A stretch of DNA of 63,502 bases, counting the filler, from Rhabdomonas costata (Eukaryota), in assembly GCA_019059605.1 (NCBI GenBank). It is 37 parts of 37 records of this genome, joined end to end, with 100 filler letters (N's around TTAATTAATTAA, not from the genome) between each part and the next. Parts side by side here need not be neighbours in the genome. Positions count along the whole stretch, not along the records: positions 10,321 to 11,940 come from JAHMHO010011858.1; positions 12,041 to 13,659 come from JAHMHO010011859.1; positions 13,760 to 15,376 come from JAHMHO010011860.1; positions 15,477 to 17,098 come from JAHMHO010011861.1; positions 17,199 to 18,818 come from JAHMHO010011862.1; positions 18,919 to 20,538 come from JAHMHO010011863.1; positions 20,639 to 22,255 come from JAHMHO010011864.1; positions 22,356 to 23,974 come from JAHMHO010011865.1; 29 more parts are not named here. The stretch is one strand, 5' to 3'. Position 1 is the stretch's first letter. Every line of letters begins with the position of its first letter. A program made the translations under genes and the position numbers. The notes beneath the pieces were generated by a model, which made no database searches, was not told where the DNA came from, and saw only the letters and a list, made by a program, of their open reading frames with translations. Below are positions 11,749 to 23,974 of this stretch, piece by piece.

Positions 11749-14309
11749 CTAAGTCAAGAAAAATAAAGCACATAGATTCGCAACAAAAAAGATTCAAGTC
11801 TCATGCTCGTGTGCCACGAACGGTTGCAGTCTGCAGCGAGGAACAAGAGCGTGAGACGCGAACTTTACCCTAATTTTATTTAACAGTCCCAAAGGTCACT
11901 CATCATGCCCATGCGCAGTATCTCTGTACACACCCCACCCNNNNNNNNNNNNNNNNNNNNNNNNNNNNNNNNNNNNNNNNNNNNTTAATTAATTAANNNN
12001 NNNNNNNNNNNNNNNNNNNNNNNNNNNNNNNNNNNNNNNNTGTGTGTTGGCAGCAGCGTAGGAGAGCATGGTAATCGCGCCGCAGGAAGGGAGCCCCACG
12101 AAAACCAGTACAGCCTCGAGTAAATTGGAGGAGCGAGTGAAAACGTAAGCAGGACGGGTTGCCTAAAAAAGAATACGTTACCGGTTCCAGGTTACCGGTA
12201 TTTATTCGCCGAAATTACTCCTACTTCGTGTGTGTGCACGCCAGCGGTACGAAAATAGATGAAACTTAAGCGAATGTTTGAATTAAATGAGATGAAGTTT
12301 TGTGCGGACGGGTTGAGGTAAGGAAGACCCAAATGCCCCTCCTCGATGCCTCTATCGCTGGTGTCAATTTACCCATGATCGTTCTAATGAACTCAATGAT
12401 GACCATTGAAAAACTACTTCGCGACAGTCTTTAAGAATATCCATTACGACTGTCCCGAGAACAAAAGAGCTTTGCTTTGCATTGCAATCGGTGGAGTGGA
12501 GGAGATAGCGAACTCGACGGCAATGAAATGGGAATGGGGAGAAAGAGCCGATATGCCATTGGGACAGCGCAGTGCCAGGGCCACTGCAGCGGTATGCGGC
12601 GGAGGGTGCCCGTCTCCCCTCCTTGCTCACAAATAAATTCGCCTTCTGTTGTTATACTTCGTGTAATGTTGCCCTTCCTGTTTCATTGGTTCGATGACAT
12701 TCCACACGGAGCCCTCACTTACCCACACATTTTTGTCAACCCCGCTTCATCGCTCACGCTCTCTTGCACCAACTTCCACCTGCTCCTTTTTGGCTTTGGT
12801 TCACTGCTGGACCGGCGAATAGCAGAAACAAATTGCTGAGGATTTGTTTACATGTCTACATTGACGAAGGGAATGTGGTGGAGTTGCTATCCGTTTTCTG
12901 GAACACACTTGCACCTTTCCAAGTTGACGTTCAGTTGGCGTTCTGAAAATGCATAAAAATTACTGTGTAATTTTAATTCTCCATTTGTGGCTCGAGAAAC
13001 AAAATTTTCCGAAGGAAACGAAAGACACCTACTCGTAGGCGCGTTTCTATTTGTCTCCCCGGTTCTCTTTTTCTTCTTCTCACCTTCCCCTGCTTTGCTG
13101 AAGCCCGCACAATACTGACTCTTGTCTTCTGTCGCGTAGCAGTGATGTTTTTACTCGTAGTGACGTCGTTTTCATCTTTATACCCTTTAGTCCACTTCAT
13201 ACTACCCAATGACTTTCTGATGAGCACGTCACACGTCGTTTTGGATAATGGTGTGAGTATTTTTATTTTTTTAATTTTTTGTTTATATTGCATGTCATGG
13301 GCAGTGCATGTCTTGAACAGTGTCTTTTTCTAATCACCATAGTAATAGCAACAGCTGCGAAGGGGTCAATGGCATTGCCTGTTTCCTCTCCATAGGAAGG
13401 GGCGATAGCCTGGCCGCAGTATAGCCCACTGCTGTGACCTGTCGGCACCCCGTTTGTGGGGGCATGTTTTTTGTTCGAGAGATTTGATCAGCGACTTAAT
13501 ATCAAGTGAGTTCGTGCTGGTGCAAAATGAAAAAAAATTGAAGTTCATAACATGCAAAAGAACGGCACAATTCTACAAAGCAGGGAACAGAGTGGACGAC
13601 GACTGTAACCCGCGCTCCAGTGCCAGGCGCCCAAAGCCCATTCACGCACCACCCACACCNNNNNNNNNNNNNNNNNNNNNNNNNNNNNNNNNNNNNNNNN
13701 NNNTTAATTAATTAANNNNNNNNNNNNNNNNNNNNNNNNNNNNNNNNNNNNNNNNNNNNTGTGGTGTTTCCTTGGCTCTTATGCTCTCTCACTCTGTCAC
13801 TTATATATTTTCTAGTTAGGATGGACAGAAACCACGCCCGCATTCCTTGCAGGTTGTGTACATGACAAAATTTGTCCTTTTTTATTGTGATTTTCCGTGA
13901 TTTTTCCCCGCGGAAAGGACTAGAACAAAGTGTGTGTGTATGTGTTGTGTGTGTGTGTGTTTCTGCGTCTGGGTACTTACGTGCGGATAGAGGATTTCAT
14001 CACGGCTTCTGCCTCCTGCAAGTGAAAAGGGATGGTTTGGTTATCTCTGACTGCAGCGTTGTGCTCACTGCTGCTCGCTCACTCTACCTTATGAATGCTT
14101 AAAAACCCTCAACGCGCGCTGCATTGGAGGCGACGAAGCTGAACTCGCGCACTGTTCAAGGCAAGCGTATTGTTGACGCCTTGCGCTTCCCAAAGTGCTT
14201 CTTTTGAGGGTGGTGGGGTCAGTTTTGGCTGCTTCTGGTCGCGCTCCATCCTGTTCCATGTTGTGTGCCATCCTCCTTGCACATGTCTTCCCTCGGGGAC
14301 TCTGTGCAG

Positions 14310-14483
14310 GTGAGGGTCCCTGTGGAGAAGGTGTGCACCCGGGAGGTCCCCGTGGTGACGGCATGCCGGACCGTTGAGAAGACCGTGGACTGCCCCTGCA
14401 CCGTGCCGTGCCCACAGACCGTCACGGTGCCCTTCACCGTGGAGAAGGTCGTTGAGGTGCCGCAGCCCTTTTCCGTGGAAAAG
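14310..14483 (+). CDS. Articulin/epiplastin-like pellicle protein exon (VPV/VEK repeats)
   Basis: 174-nt phase-0 exon VRVPVEKVCTREVPVVTACRTVEKTVDCPCTVPCPQTVTVPFTVEKVVEVPQPFSVEK between CAG and GTGCGT. Confidence 0.8.
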
Positions 14484-16669
14484 GTGCGTGCGCATGTCTT
14501 CGGTCCTGCTTTTATGTTTGATGGGTATCTGTAGCGGGGTCACATCGCAATAACAGCCCCAGTTCTCTGGACCCCCCTTCCCATCTTCACGGTGCGTGGG
14601 ACTTGCCATTGCAGGCTCTCTCGTCACCTCCCCTTCTCTGTGATTATTGCATCTCTGCAGTCACTTGTTCCCGCGGTTGTTCGGTCTTGCATGGTTATGC
14701 ACATCAACGAGGGTTCACAATTGTCACCAGTACGTCTACAGATTATTTGGAAGGAAAGCAATAATTTACAGCAAAAGGAGAAATTGTGAGACAGAGTGTA
14801 CGCAGGAAAAAAGGAAGCATCGGCAATGCTGGTGGCTGGGGGGGGGGTGCTGACACATTTCACAGGTGATTGCTCAGGGAGGGTAAGCGGAGAAAGGGAA
14901 GGAAAGAGCCAAGCAAACAGAACAAACAAGAAGACGGAACCTTTCTCGGGTACGGGGACACCGCAGCGAAAAATTAGTGAGAGAAGAAAAGAAGCACTGA
15001 ATCTGCTCCAACTGACAACTGACTGACCCGGTGTCCATTTCTCATTTCCGAGAACCTTTGTGCCTTGAACATTTGCACTCACGGGCCAAGTACAAAACGA
15101 ATCACCAAGGATGCGAATACAAATCCACGTCCCCCCGTATTACCTTCTCGCAAGGTAATCACAGCGCAAGCCTTCCTTTTCATACTGTTCTCAACAAAGT
15201 GGATAAAAACCAAGTGTCAATCAAAGTGGAGCCCCCTTAGAATCCTCTTTTCTCTGCCACACACCGAGCGAGCAAGCCCCTGCGCTTCCTCACGGGGGGA
15301 GGGCGCGGCCGAGGGAGGGCGGGGCGGCGGCCCCCGCTCGATCAGCAGCAGAGTCAACACAGGCCGCACAAACCCCNNNNNNNNNNNNNNNNNNNNNNNN
15401 NNNNNNNNNNNNNNNNNNNNTTAATTAATTAANNNNNNNNNNNNNNNNNNNNNNNNNNNNNNNNNNNNNNNNNNNNCACCACACGGACACCTGGACATGG
15501 GAAGCTCTTTTTTGTTTGTGGGACGATTTGCGAATGGGTGCTGAAACGGTAAAAGAATTTTTCACAGCCTGGCTGACCCTCAATCGGTAAAGCCAGACGC
15601 TCAAACTTTGAAATAAGTGGTTGTGCAGTGTTCAGTACGTCCCTATCACTATGGCCACGACAACGGCTGCGCAGATCGAAAAACAACTCTTCATTTCAAA
15701 ATCGAAACTTTGCAACGCTCTTCCTTGCCACCTTCAACCTTTCTGTCTTGCAGTTGCGGCATAACAACGACTTCACCATGCCCCGTCAGTCAGTAACGCG
15801 TTTGCGGATTCGAAATCGTAAATCCTCAATTCTGATTCCAACGGGCGCCGATGAAGCGAGCCCGCAATGACGCAGTCTTGTAGCATACCGTCGATCGACC
15901 AACTCTTAAAAGAGTTCAGAGAAGGGAGACCAAAAGAACTGCACAGACACTGGCGACAGCAGTGAAATGGCTAGAGACACGACAAGCTCGCTCCCAAGGA
16001 AGAACACCACTGATGGTGACCATCCCTGCCAACACAGCGGGCAGTGTCTGCTCAACGGAACGGAAAGAAAACCCGCGAAGTAAAAAACACAAAAAAACCA
16101 AGGAGCAAGACAAAAAAGGCTGTCAGAAGGATAAGCTTTTGGGGAAGGGATCGTTTAGCATTGCAACAACGGCCGCATAACGAAACAATCAAATGCTACC
16201 TACCAAGAGTATAAAGTAATGCTAGGCTACCCTCAAGCTCTACATCCATTTCACACGGGAAGGGGAACGAAAGCCCCATATCCAACATACGCTTAACCTT
16301 GTTAGCACGTGTGCGGCTTTCACTGCACACCATTACCCCCCCCCCGCTGAAGTCTAATGCAGCGATGCAAATATTCCATGTATCCATAACACGATCCCAT
16401 CCCCCAAGCCTCGGGGGTACGCGAAAGCGAAAGAAGCTAAACGCCTTTCTCAATGAAAAGTCTTTCTGTCACCCCATCAAATCAAACCGTACACTGTACA
16501 CCGTGAGAGAGCCCTTCTCCACACACTTCCTCCCTTTCCGAAAACTATGGAGAACCAGAACAATCCAATCACACGCACACACACACACACACACACACAC
16601 CAAAACGCACACATAAGCACACCCTCTCTCTCGCCTCCTCCGTTACTCCTCCTGTTGAAGCGCCAGCCA

Positions 16670-17083
16670 TTAGCTTAGCAAGCCCAACTCGGGGTTCGTC
16701 GCCGCGATTACCATCGTCAAGTCAATCTCCTCGAAGTCCATCGGAATGATCCCGCAGGTCCCATCACGAAGGATCTTAATCATCCGAGCCCTCAGCCACG
16801 GATTCATGAAGCTCGCCGCACCCTTCGGGCCCACCAACCCCTCCAACGTCAGCGTATTGCCCGCGGCCGAGGTGAACGTCGTGAAGAACACCCGCTCCGC
16901 CGCCGGCGCGTCGTCCGCACGGGCCTTCAGCGTGGCCTGAGCCTTCTGCAAGTGGGCTTGGGCGTGCTCCCACTTCCGGGCAAGATCAGCCTCGGTGTTG
17001 CACTCCCACTCGTCCAGCCACTCCTGATTCTGCAGCTTGATCCCCTGCACCCGAGTGGAGTCGAAGCGCTGCGCCAGCACCAA
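16670..17083 (-). CDS. Bacterial-type PI-specific phospholipase C (PLC-X domain), C-terminal part, 5'-truncated
   Basis: IKLQNQEW...KW...VFFTTFTSAAG...ASFMNPWL...GIIPMDF...VIAATN fits the C-terminal half of the PI-PLC TIM barrel. GC-rich third codon positions. Confidence 0.7.
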   Translation of the reverse strand: MVLAQRFDSTRVQGIKLQNQEWLDEWECNTEADLARKWEHAQAHLQKAQATLKARADDAPAAERVFFTTFTSAAGNTLTLEGLVGPKGAASFMNPWLRARMIKILRDGTCGIIPMDFEEIDLTMVIAATNPELGLLS

Positions 17084-17229
17084 CTTCCCCCACCACCCNN
17101 NNNNNNNNNNNNNNNNNNNNNNNNNNNNNNNNNNNNNNNNNNTTAATTAATTAANNNNNNNNNNNNNNNNNNNNNNNNNNNNNNNNNNNNNNNNNNNNTT
17201 TGTGTGGGGACCGAGCATTCGAATTGCTC

Positions 17230-17920
17230 ATGTCTGTGGTGAAAGAAAAAAGAGAAGATGTGAGCAGGTGGCTGTAAATTGGCACTTTCGAGACGGGGGT
17301 CGCATGATGAGGAGGTGCATATTGAGCCTGGCCATGAACGCCGTGCCGTCATTTGCCGCTGTGAACCTGTGCTGCTGAAGAGACTTCGGAGATACCCCCG
17401 CCTTTCCGTACGCAGGGGTATTGAAAGCCCAAAATTCAGGCCTTGTTTTTCTCCTGGACCTGGTGTATGAAACTCCCGCCCTCATCCACAGGTGTTCACC
17501 GCTGTGGACCCTCGGATTCCACGAAACGTCCTCCGGCAGTGCCTCGAGATCGGAGCCGAGGTGCCCCAGTGGTGCTGTTCTCCGCACGCATACATAATGT
17601 AGGCACTGCCAGTGGGCCAGTGTGGCGGGGGTTCATATTCTTCTCTCCAACCCAGTCATTTGGGCCAGTGAGTCTTTCTGGATTCTGCTTGCCAAACATT
17701 GACTTCTTCTCCTTCGTTGATCCATCTTGGTTATGCAAGGGGGGGGGCATGCAAGAGAAGAGTAAAGTGGAGTGGAGTAGTGGTCGGGGCGTCCATCAAA
17801 GTTCCAGTTGTGCAGGATTCCATGACCTCCCATCCACCACGCAGGGGGGAAGAGGCCCGTTGCCGAGGGGCATTGGCGAAAGGGGGAAGAGGATGCAACT
17901 GAAGCCGCTTTGAAAGGAAG
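17230..17920 (-). mobile_element. Tentative decayed tyrosine-recombinase ORF (DIRS/Ngaro-like retroelement relic)
   Basis: Colinear motif ghosts across frames: TKMDQRRR (cf. SKTDQxxxG), HLWMRAGVSYTR (cf. pLFxxxGxxlTr), AGVSPKSLQQHRF...GTAF (cf. GxxxxxyxxHSFRxGxAT). Frameshifted. Confidence 0.3.
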
Positions 17921-19324
17921 CGTGCGCGGGCGTTGCGGTTTTAGATCGCTTTGCTTCAGTTGTCCCCGGCAGAGCCTACTCGAGTAGAGTTTACTTGGCC
18001 GGAGCTGCGAAGGCAAGTCCGAGTGTCAGACTTCTTCCGCGCGCTCCGCCGCCGAGGCTTTGTGCGGCGGTACAGCCGGCCCTCCCCCACTCCCAGCTCT
18101 GATGTTCTGGGGAGTGAGGCAGGGGCTTTGCCGCCCTCCCACCGGCAGTGAGGGGTAATGCGGTGTGCTCGAAGGAGGGGCATCGCAAGATATGCTAAAA
18201 GGTTGGGTTGGATTGGAGCAGTTCGTCTGTGTAGCTTACTGTACAACTGATTGCTTGTGAGACCCAGCGAGGTGGTTAGCATGTGTGTACGTGTCTTGAA
18301 TTCTGTGCTGTTTGTATGTTACTGTTCATGTTTTATCGGGGTGCACGTGAGACACAGTGGCGTCTCGCGAGCTCGAGACACTTCTTCGTCAATTTTTCTC
18401 CGTGCTCCGTGGTTTATGCAGATTGTTCCCTTTCATCATTTGCTGGTGGAGGAAGACCTTCCACAATTTCTTGATTTGCCACAAGAATATTGTCATGCAG
18501 GGTACTTACAAACGCATACTCCGCTGCTGAAGCCATGGTTCAAGAGGCGTGAGCACGTCCTTGTTCGGTTTGGTTGTACCAATGTTGACCGGACAGGGAC
18601 AAGTCGACGTAACCAAAGTGCTCCCCGAATTTTCAAGCATTTTTTTCGGGTATAAGTGTTTGGCATCCCCCCCCCCGATTGCCTTTCCTACAAAAATGGG
18701 AGACGAGGGGACAAAAGGGCCGACCTAGAAGGGCAAGAAGCCGAAAAGGACACATGCTGCGAGCACTCAATTTGTCGCCAATTCGCATTGCGATGCATAG
18801 ATGACCGCGGGGAGAAATNNNNNNNNNNNNNNNNNNNNNNNNNNNNNNNNNNNNNNNNNNNNTTAATTAATTAANNNNNNNNNNNNNNNNNNNNNNNNNN
18901 NNNNNNNNNNNNNNNNNNGGCGACATGGGTCGAAAATGGGGCCTTCAGGGTGAAAAAATCGATCCTCCAGAAATCGACCCAACATGACGTTTTTGACGTC
19001 GGGGGTTCCGAAAAACGCGTTTTTATGCGGATGGGGACGTATTTTTTTGGGGCAAAAAGCCTTGAAAGGGGGCTTTTTGGCGTCGAAAAGGGGTTCGAAA
19101 GGGGTGAAAATGAGGGAACTTCGGCCGTTTTGGTAAATTCGATTGGTTGCAATAGCGGCAAACTGCGGGGAGGGGTCCCCCTTCCTCGAAGTAGGTGTAA
19201 TCCATATTGGGATAAGCATGCACCCTCGCTTCGTTACGGAACCCCTTAGCGCTGCGCGCCGCGCCCTTACTTGTTCCTAACCTGTTTTCGACACGGGAGA
19301 ATCCACTTTCTGGGGTGTGATCAG

Positions 19325-19950
19325 GTGTGTGCCCCAACCGCTTCCGCCCCGCCGCCACCGGCATCATCCGGCACTGCCTGCAGCAGCTGGAGAAGATCGG
19401 AGTGCTCCAGCAGGGACATCCCAGGTACCCAGCAGACACTCCTCCTTCCCTCGATTTGGCACATTTGGCACAATCTCCCACGCGCACGTGGACACGCGAG
19501 ATATGAAGAACGACATACGAGAGATGAAGAAAGGTGGGAGGATGACCCCCCAGAGCTCACGGCAACATCCCATCCCGTTATTCCAAGGTTTCCAAGCCTA
19601 CCGAGCAAGGTGGGCCCACAATCAACCCACCATCTTTTGTAATAAGCCTTGTGCAACCCATTCCTGTCGGTTCTGGGTTATGCTCGAATGTCCTTGCTCG
19701 TGACATTAGTTACCGATACTCATCCCTCCCCCAATGCCGGAGCTTTTTAGGAAGGGTTGCGATCTTCAAGAGAGTCGGGTCCCTCACATCCGCCTGGTCC
19801 CCGAGTGCCAAACTCCCTCCGTGCCCGCATTTGCACAGGGGCCGTCAGCTGACGAAGGAGGGGCAGCGTGACTGCGACCGCATCGCGCAGCAGATCCTCT
19901 TCCCGGAGATCGCCGCGCAGAAGGCCGCCCTGGCCGCGGCCTCGGAGTAA
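19325..19950 (+). CDS. RPS19: 40S ribosomal protein S19, last two exons (19325-19424, 19839-19950)
   Basis: GVCPNRFRPAATGIIRHCLQQLEKIGVLQQGHPRGRQLTKEGQRDCDRIAQQI...*; phase-2 GT-AG intron. Confidence 0.93.
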
Positions 19951-20493
19951 AATGAAGAAAACCGGGGGCGAAAAAGTGCACAAAAAAGGAGTTATGAACC
20001 ATTCGGAGTAAAAGGGAGAGAGGTGCGAGGTGAGATCGGGGGTGTGCAGGGGAGGGAATGTGGCGATGCCAAAAGCACAAAGTGAGGTTGGGGGGACTGG
20101 GGAGGTGCTCCCTTTGCATTCCTCTCCACCTCTCCACTGTCTCCCTCTTTGCCCTTTCCCTCTCTGCTCAAACCTCATCACTGGGATGCAGTGCTTACCG
20201 CGGATGGTGTTTTCAGCCTTTCCAGTGCAGTGAGCGACTTGGTGGCAACGGTAAAACAAGATGAGACTTCAGGGTGGACTTTCGCATTTTCTTCAGGGTA
20301 CGCCACACAGTCACGTCAACCTCAGGTCATAAAACAGCATCAAGTTGAAGAACTGTGAGTGCGAACGGGAACATCGCACTAGAAAATCCGGCGTGCAACG
20401 AGCAAAACCCCCGTCTCCCGGCCAAGCTACCTGCGAACAGGGACATGCTGTCAAAGCCTTTAGCTTTTACTGACGTGCCTTGTTATTTTTATT

Positions 20494-20522
20494 ATTGTAT
20501 TGTATTGTATTGTATTGTATTG
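20494..20522 (+). repeat. (TTGTA)n microsatellite
   Basis: Read directly from the sequence. Confidence 0.85.
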
Positions 20523-21560
20523 GCCGGGAAAACCCAACNNNNNNNNNNNNNNNNNNNNNNNNNNNNNNNNNNNNNNNNNNNNTTAATTAATTAANNNNNN
20601 NNNNNNNNNNNNNNNNNNNNNNNNNNNNNNNNNNNNNNTGGTGGGTACTTCGTCACGAAGCTGGTGGGCGTGTCTCCCTCCCTCCCTTTCTCCCTGTCCC
20701 TTTCTTTTTCTTCTCTCTCTCTTCTTGTATGCGTGCCAGAGATCCATTGATGAAGTTTTAAGAACCTTCGCCCAGGATTCAGGAGTAGAGGGGTTGCCGC
20801 ATCCCGAGAAGCGCCGATGAAGCGGGAGAACGGGAGAATAATCGGAAGCTGGAGGCAGAAAAACCTTTACGACAACAATGTCTTGAGCGCGTTGCCGTGT
20901 GTTCATAACTCTCGGACGTCTGTTGCGCCCGTTGTGTTACTTTTGGTGATGGTTTCGAGGAATGTACTTCGGTTGTCGGTCGGTATTAGGGTCACTGCGG
21001 TCAGCCTTCGGTGTGAATAGCGGGGATCCTTCCGATGCAGACTAAGGTTCCGGTGCAACTCAGAAGGAGAGCACAAAGAGATTCCGCACCTTCGGACGGC
21101 GACTCGGTCTACTAATATTAAAACATGCGTCCTCTTTTCGGAATGATCCCCTGAAGCAGCAGATTTTGCTCCTGACTTGAGCTCGATGTGAGGCTGTTTA
21201 CCGTTGAAATGGCCGTTGCGGTCCTGTACAATCCCAGCGATCCCGAGATTTTCCTGCCTTGACCTTCAAACTCTCGCGTGGTTGCTAACTACCTTGACAA
21301 AACATCTGACACATTTGCTGCAAGAGGCAGTTTCGTCCTCCGTTGGTTGCTGGTTTTTCCTTTGGTCACGGCTGTACGCTTGGCTCGCCTCCCTGCCAAA
21401 GCCCCGTGTTTTCACCGCCTGACCGCAAGTGCACAACCTGGAACAAGCTGTCGCTGCTTCATGCGCTGTGCGCACTCGTGACTTTTTGCATTGATGGACT
21501 TTCCTGGTCTGTCTTGAGTCTTTCGTTATTGTACCTCCGGCACTGAAACCAACAAAAAAG

Positions 21561-21743
21561 GTTGCGCAGATCGACATCATGTTTCCCAGCGGCGTGGGGG
21601 CGAGCGACCTCTCGACGTTCCGCCGCAGGGCACTCTCTCTGGGGTGCAGCCTGCAACGCAGCGCCAGTAGCGGGGACCGTGCATCGGAGTTCCGGCGGCT
21701 GTTCGCGGCCGAGCTGAAGGAGGCGGCCACGCATGACGAGGGG
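21561..21743 (+). CDS. Probable internal exon of a hypothetical protein
   Basis: GC-rich open frame VAQIDIMFPSGVGASDLSTFRRRAL...AAELKEAATHDEG ending at a GTGTGC donor. No family recognised. Confidence 0.45.
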
Positions 21744-22356
21744 GTGTGCTTACCGCTGATGGGACCGTAGCGCAGCGAAGGGACCATGCGACCACAGCAA
21801 ACACCCCAAAAGTCCCCAAGACCCCTCACATCCCTTCAGCCATGTCCAATACGCGTAGACATCCCGACATCAAAGCATCAGGGGCCCCACGACCATCAGG
21901 GAGTGGGGATAGAAGGAGGAATGGCATCGAGGTACGAGATGACATGACGACTAGATCCTGGTCGTCGTGACTCTCACGTCCTCTCGAGTCACTCCTCCCT
22001 CTTCCCCCTCACTCCACCACCCTAAGGTGCTTATGTTCGGTCACCCTACGTACCCCACCTGTCACTTCCCTCGCTCCCCGACTCACATCGGTACCCACGG
22101 TCCGTCCTTGGCGAAGCCACGCAGAACTCCCTCACTTTGGGTTCAGGTTGGGTTCTGGGGTCGGAGGGCATGTCGAGAGCATCGAGCCATGCCCGTAGAA
22201 GGTGGAAGGATGAAAGGCACCGCAGGTTGAAACACCCGAGGCATCACAAACAACANNNNNNNNNNNNNNNNNNNNNNNNNNNNNNNNNNNNNNNNNNNNT
22301 TAATTAATTAANNNNNNNNNNNNNNNNNNNNNNNNNNNNNNNNNNNNNNNNNNNNG

Positions 22357-23974
22357 TTTTGGGTTGGGGCTGTATTCTGGGGAATTACTAGTGACGTCGC
22401 TCTGTCACAGCGGTGCGACGCAGTGAGGGGCTGCAACATGTCCGCGGTTCGATTCTCTCCAGACCAAAGCACAGTGGTGTTTTTCTTCTTCAACCCCCTG
22501 CGCAGCTATGTAGGTCTCTCCGTGGTGAATGTTACATTTATGGCGGACAATTTCGCAAACACTACTGACTCGCTGGTTGTCAATGTGCAAGGGGAGTTTG
22601 TTCTCCCTGTTGTCTCAGTTCGGTCCCATGTCGACCCTGCGTTTTGCCGCGCTGGGCAAGCTGTGTCTGTCTACTACCAGGTCGACGCTACGGGCACCAG
22701 CCAAGGCGCGGAGATGATTGCAGTTCCAGCAGGCAAGGTTCAGGGATCCGTGTCGTGGGGCTTGGGGAATAGCCCTTCGTCATGGACATCTTGCCCCGTC
22801 AATTCGATCCTTTCGATGGCGATCTGCATACTTACAAACGTCACCTTCGGGCCCGCAGCTTCTGTGTTCTTGACGCTGTCGTTTACGCCGTTGTCAACTA
22901 CGGTAAGCGAGCTCAACTTGGGCATTCAGTTTTCTGCTACCGGCTTCTCCCCTCTCACCGACACGCCGCTAATCTTTGTTCGAGGGCAGTTTTACGTCAA
23001 TGCCACCTTGCCCGCCTTCGTGCAGTACGGCTCTGAAATAATCGCGCGATACGACGTGTCCGTCAGCGGGCCGATAACTTCTCGGCAGAGGGTGGTGGTC
23101 GGCAGCGGGTTTGTCGCGCGCGATGTTCTGAAGTGGAACACAGTGGACAACAGTTATGCAGCAACGTCTTGCATACTCTGGGGCTTGGCGCAAGACCTGG
23201 TTTGTGACCTTGACCAGTCAGTAACCTCCGACTTGGTGAGCTCAGACAATCCTCCTTCAACTCAGCTGGTGACTTTCTCTCCAGGTTCCGTGACGACCAT
23301 TTATCTCTTCTTCTCGCCCGTGGATTCGTTGGTGGGTTTGTTTCCTCTCTCTGTCTCCTTCGAGGCCACTGGCTTTGATACTAAGATTGTCCCCACTAAT
23401 GTCACCATCCAGGGGCTCTTCCTGCCCGACGGGTATTACCTGCCCCAGCCCACTCCACAGGCGGGTGACTTGGTCGCCGTACAGTACCTGTTGCGCGCCA
23501 GTGGGCGCTTTGTAGGCTCGAAGGCAGCGGTATTTCCGTCTGCCAAGCTCACAGGGCTGGCCTCATGGGGTACCTCGCCCAACGAAAGTCTCGCGACTGC
23601 ATGCAAGAGCAATGGCAGCAGCTTTGTTGTGTGTGACCTTTCCTCAGTCATACTGGGATATGAGTCAGCTGCACACGTCTGGCTGTTCTTTGTTCCCGTT
23701 ACCAATGTACTTGGTTGGCTGAACATGACCATTGAGTTTACCGGGGAGGGGCTGATCCCCTTCCAAGACACACCCAGCATCTACATGTACGGTGTGCTCA
23801 ACCCGGCTTATGCCCCAACGGAGGTCCTTCCTTCTCCCGTGGTGCAGTCAGGGAACAATGTGGAGGTGCATTGGAGCATCCGATCTTCGTCTCCCACTCA
23901 AGGCGGGGTAATGTCGCTTTCGAGAGACTTCACCACGGGTGGCTCGTCTTCTTTCAAGTGGAGCACAACCAACA
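22357..23974 (+). CDS. Fragment of a large beta-rich extracellular protein with about 130-145-aa tandem Ig-like (DUF11-like) repeats; open across the whole contig
   Basis: No stop over about 539 codons. The pattern W-x10-C-x(5-10)-C-x-[LM]...F-x-P...F...G recurs four times with a fifth starting. Many NxS/T sequons. Confidence 0.85.

Noticed and set aside
11900..11912. ATGATGA (C-box-like) on the minus strand in the RPS25 upstream intron
   Set aside because: No suitably placed D box or terminal stem seen.
12045..13440. Chain of short phase-2 exons on the minus strand (SQQWAILRPGY.../WKLVQESV.../LYWFSWG...)
   Set aside because: Needs a GC donor and a GAG acceptor with no homology support.
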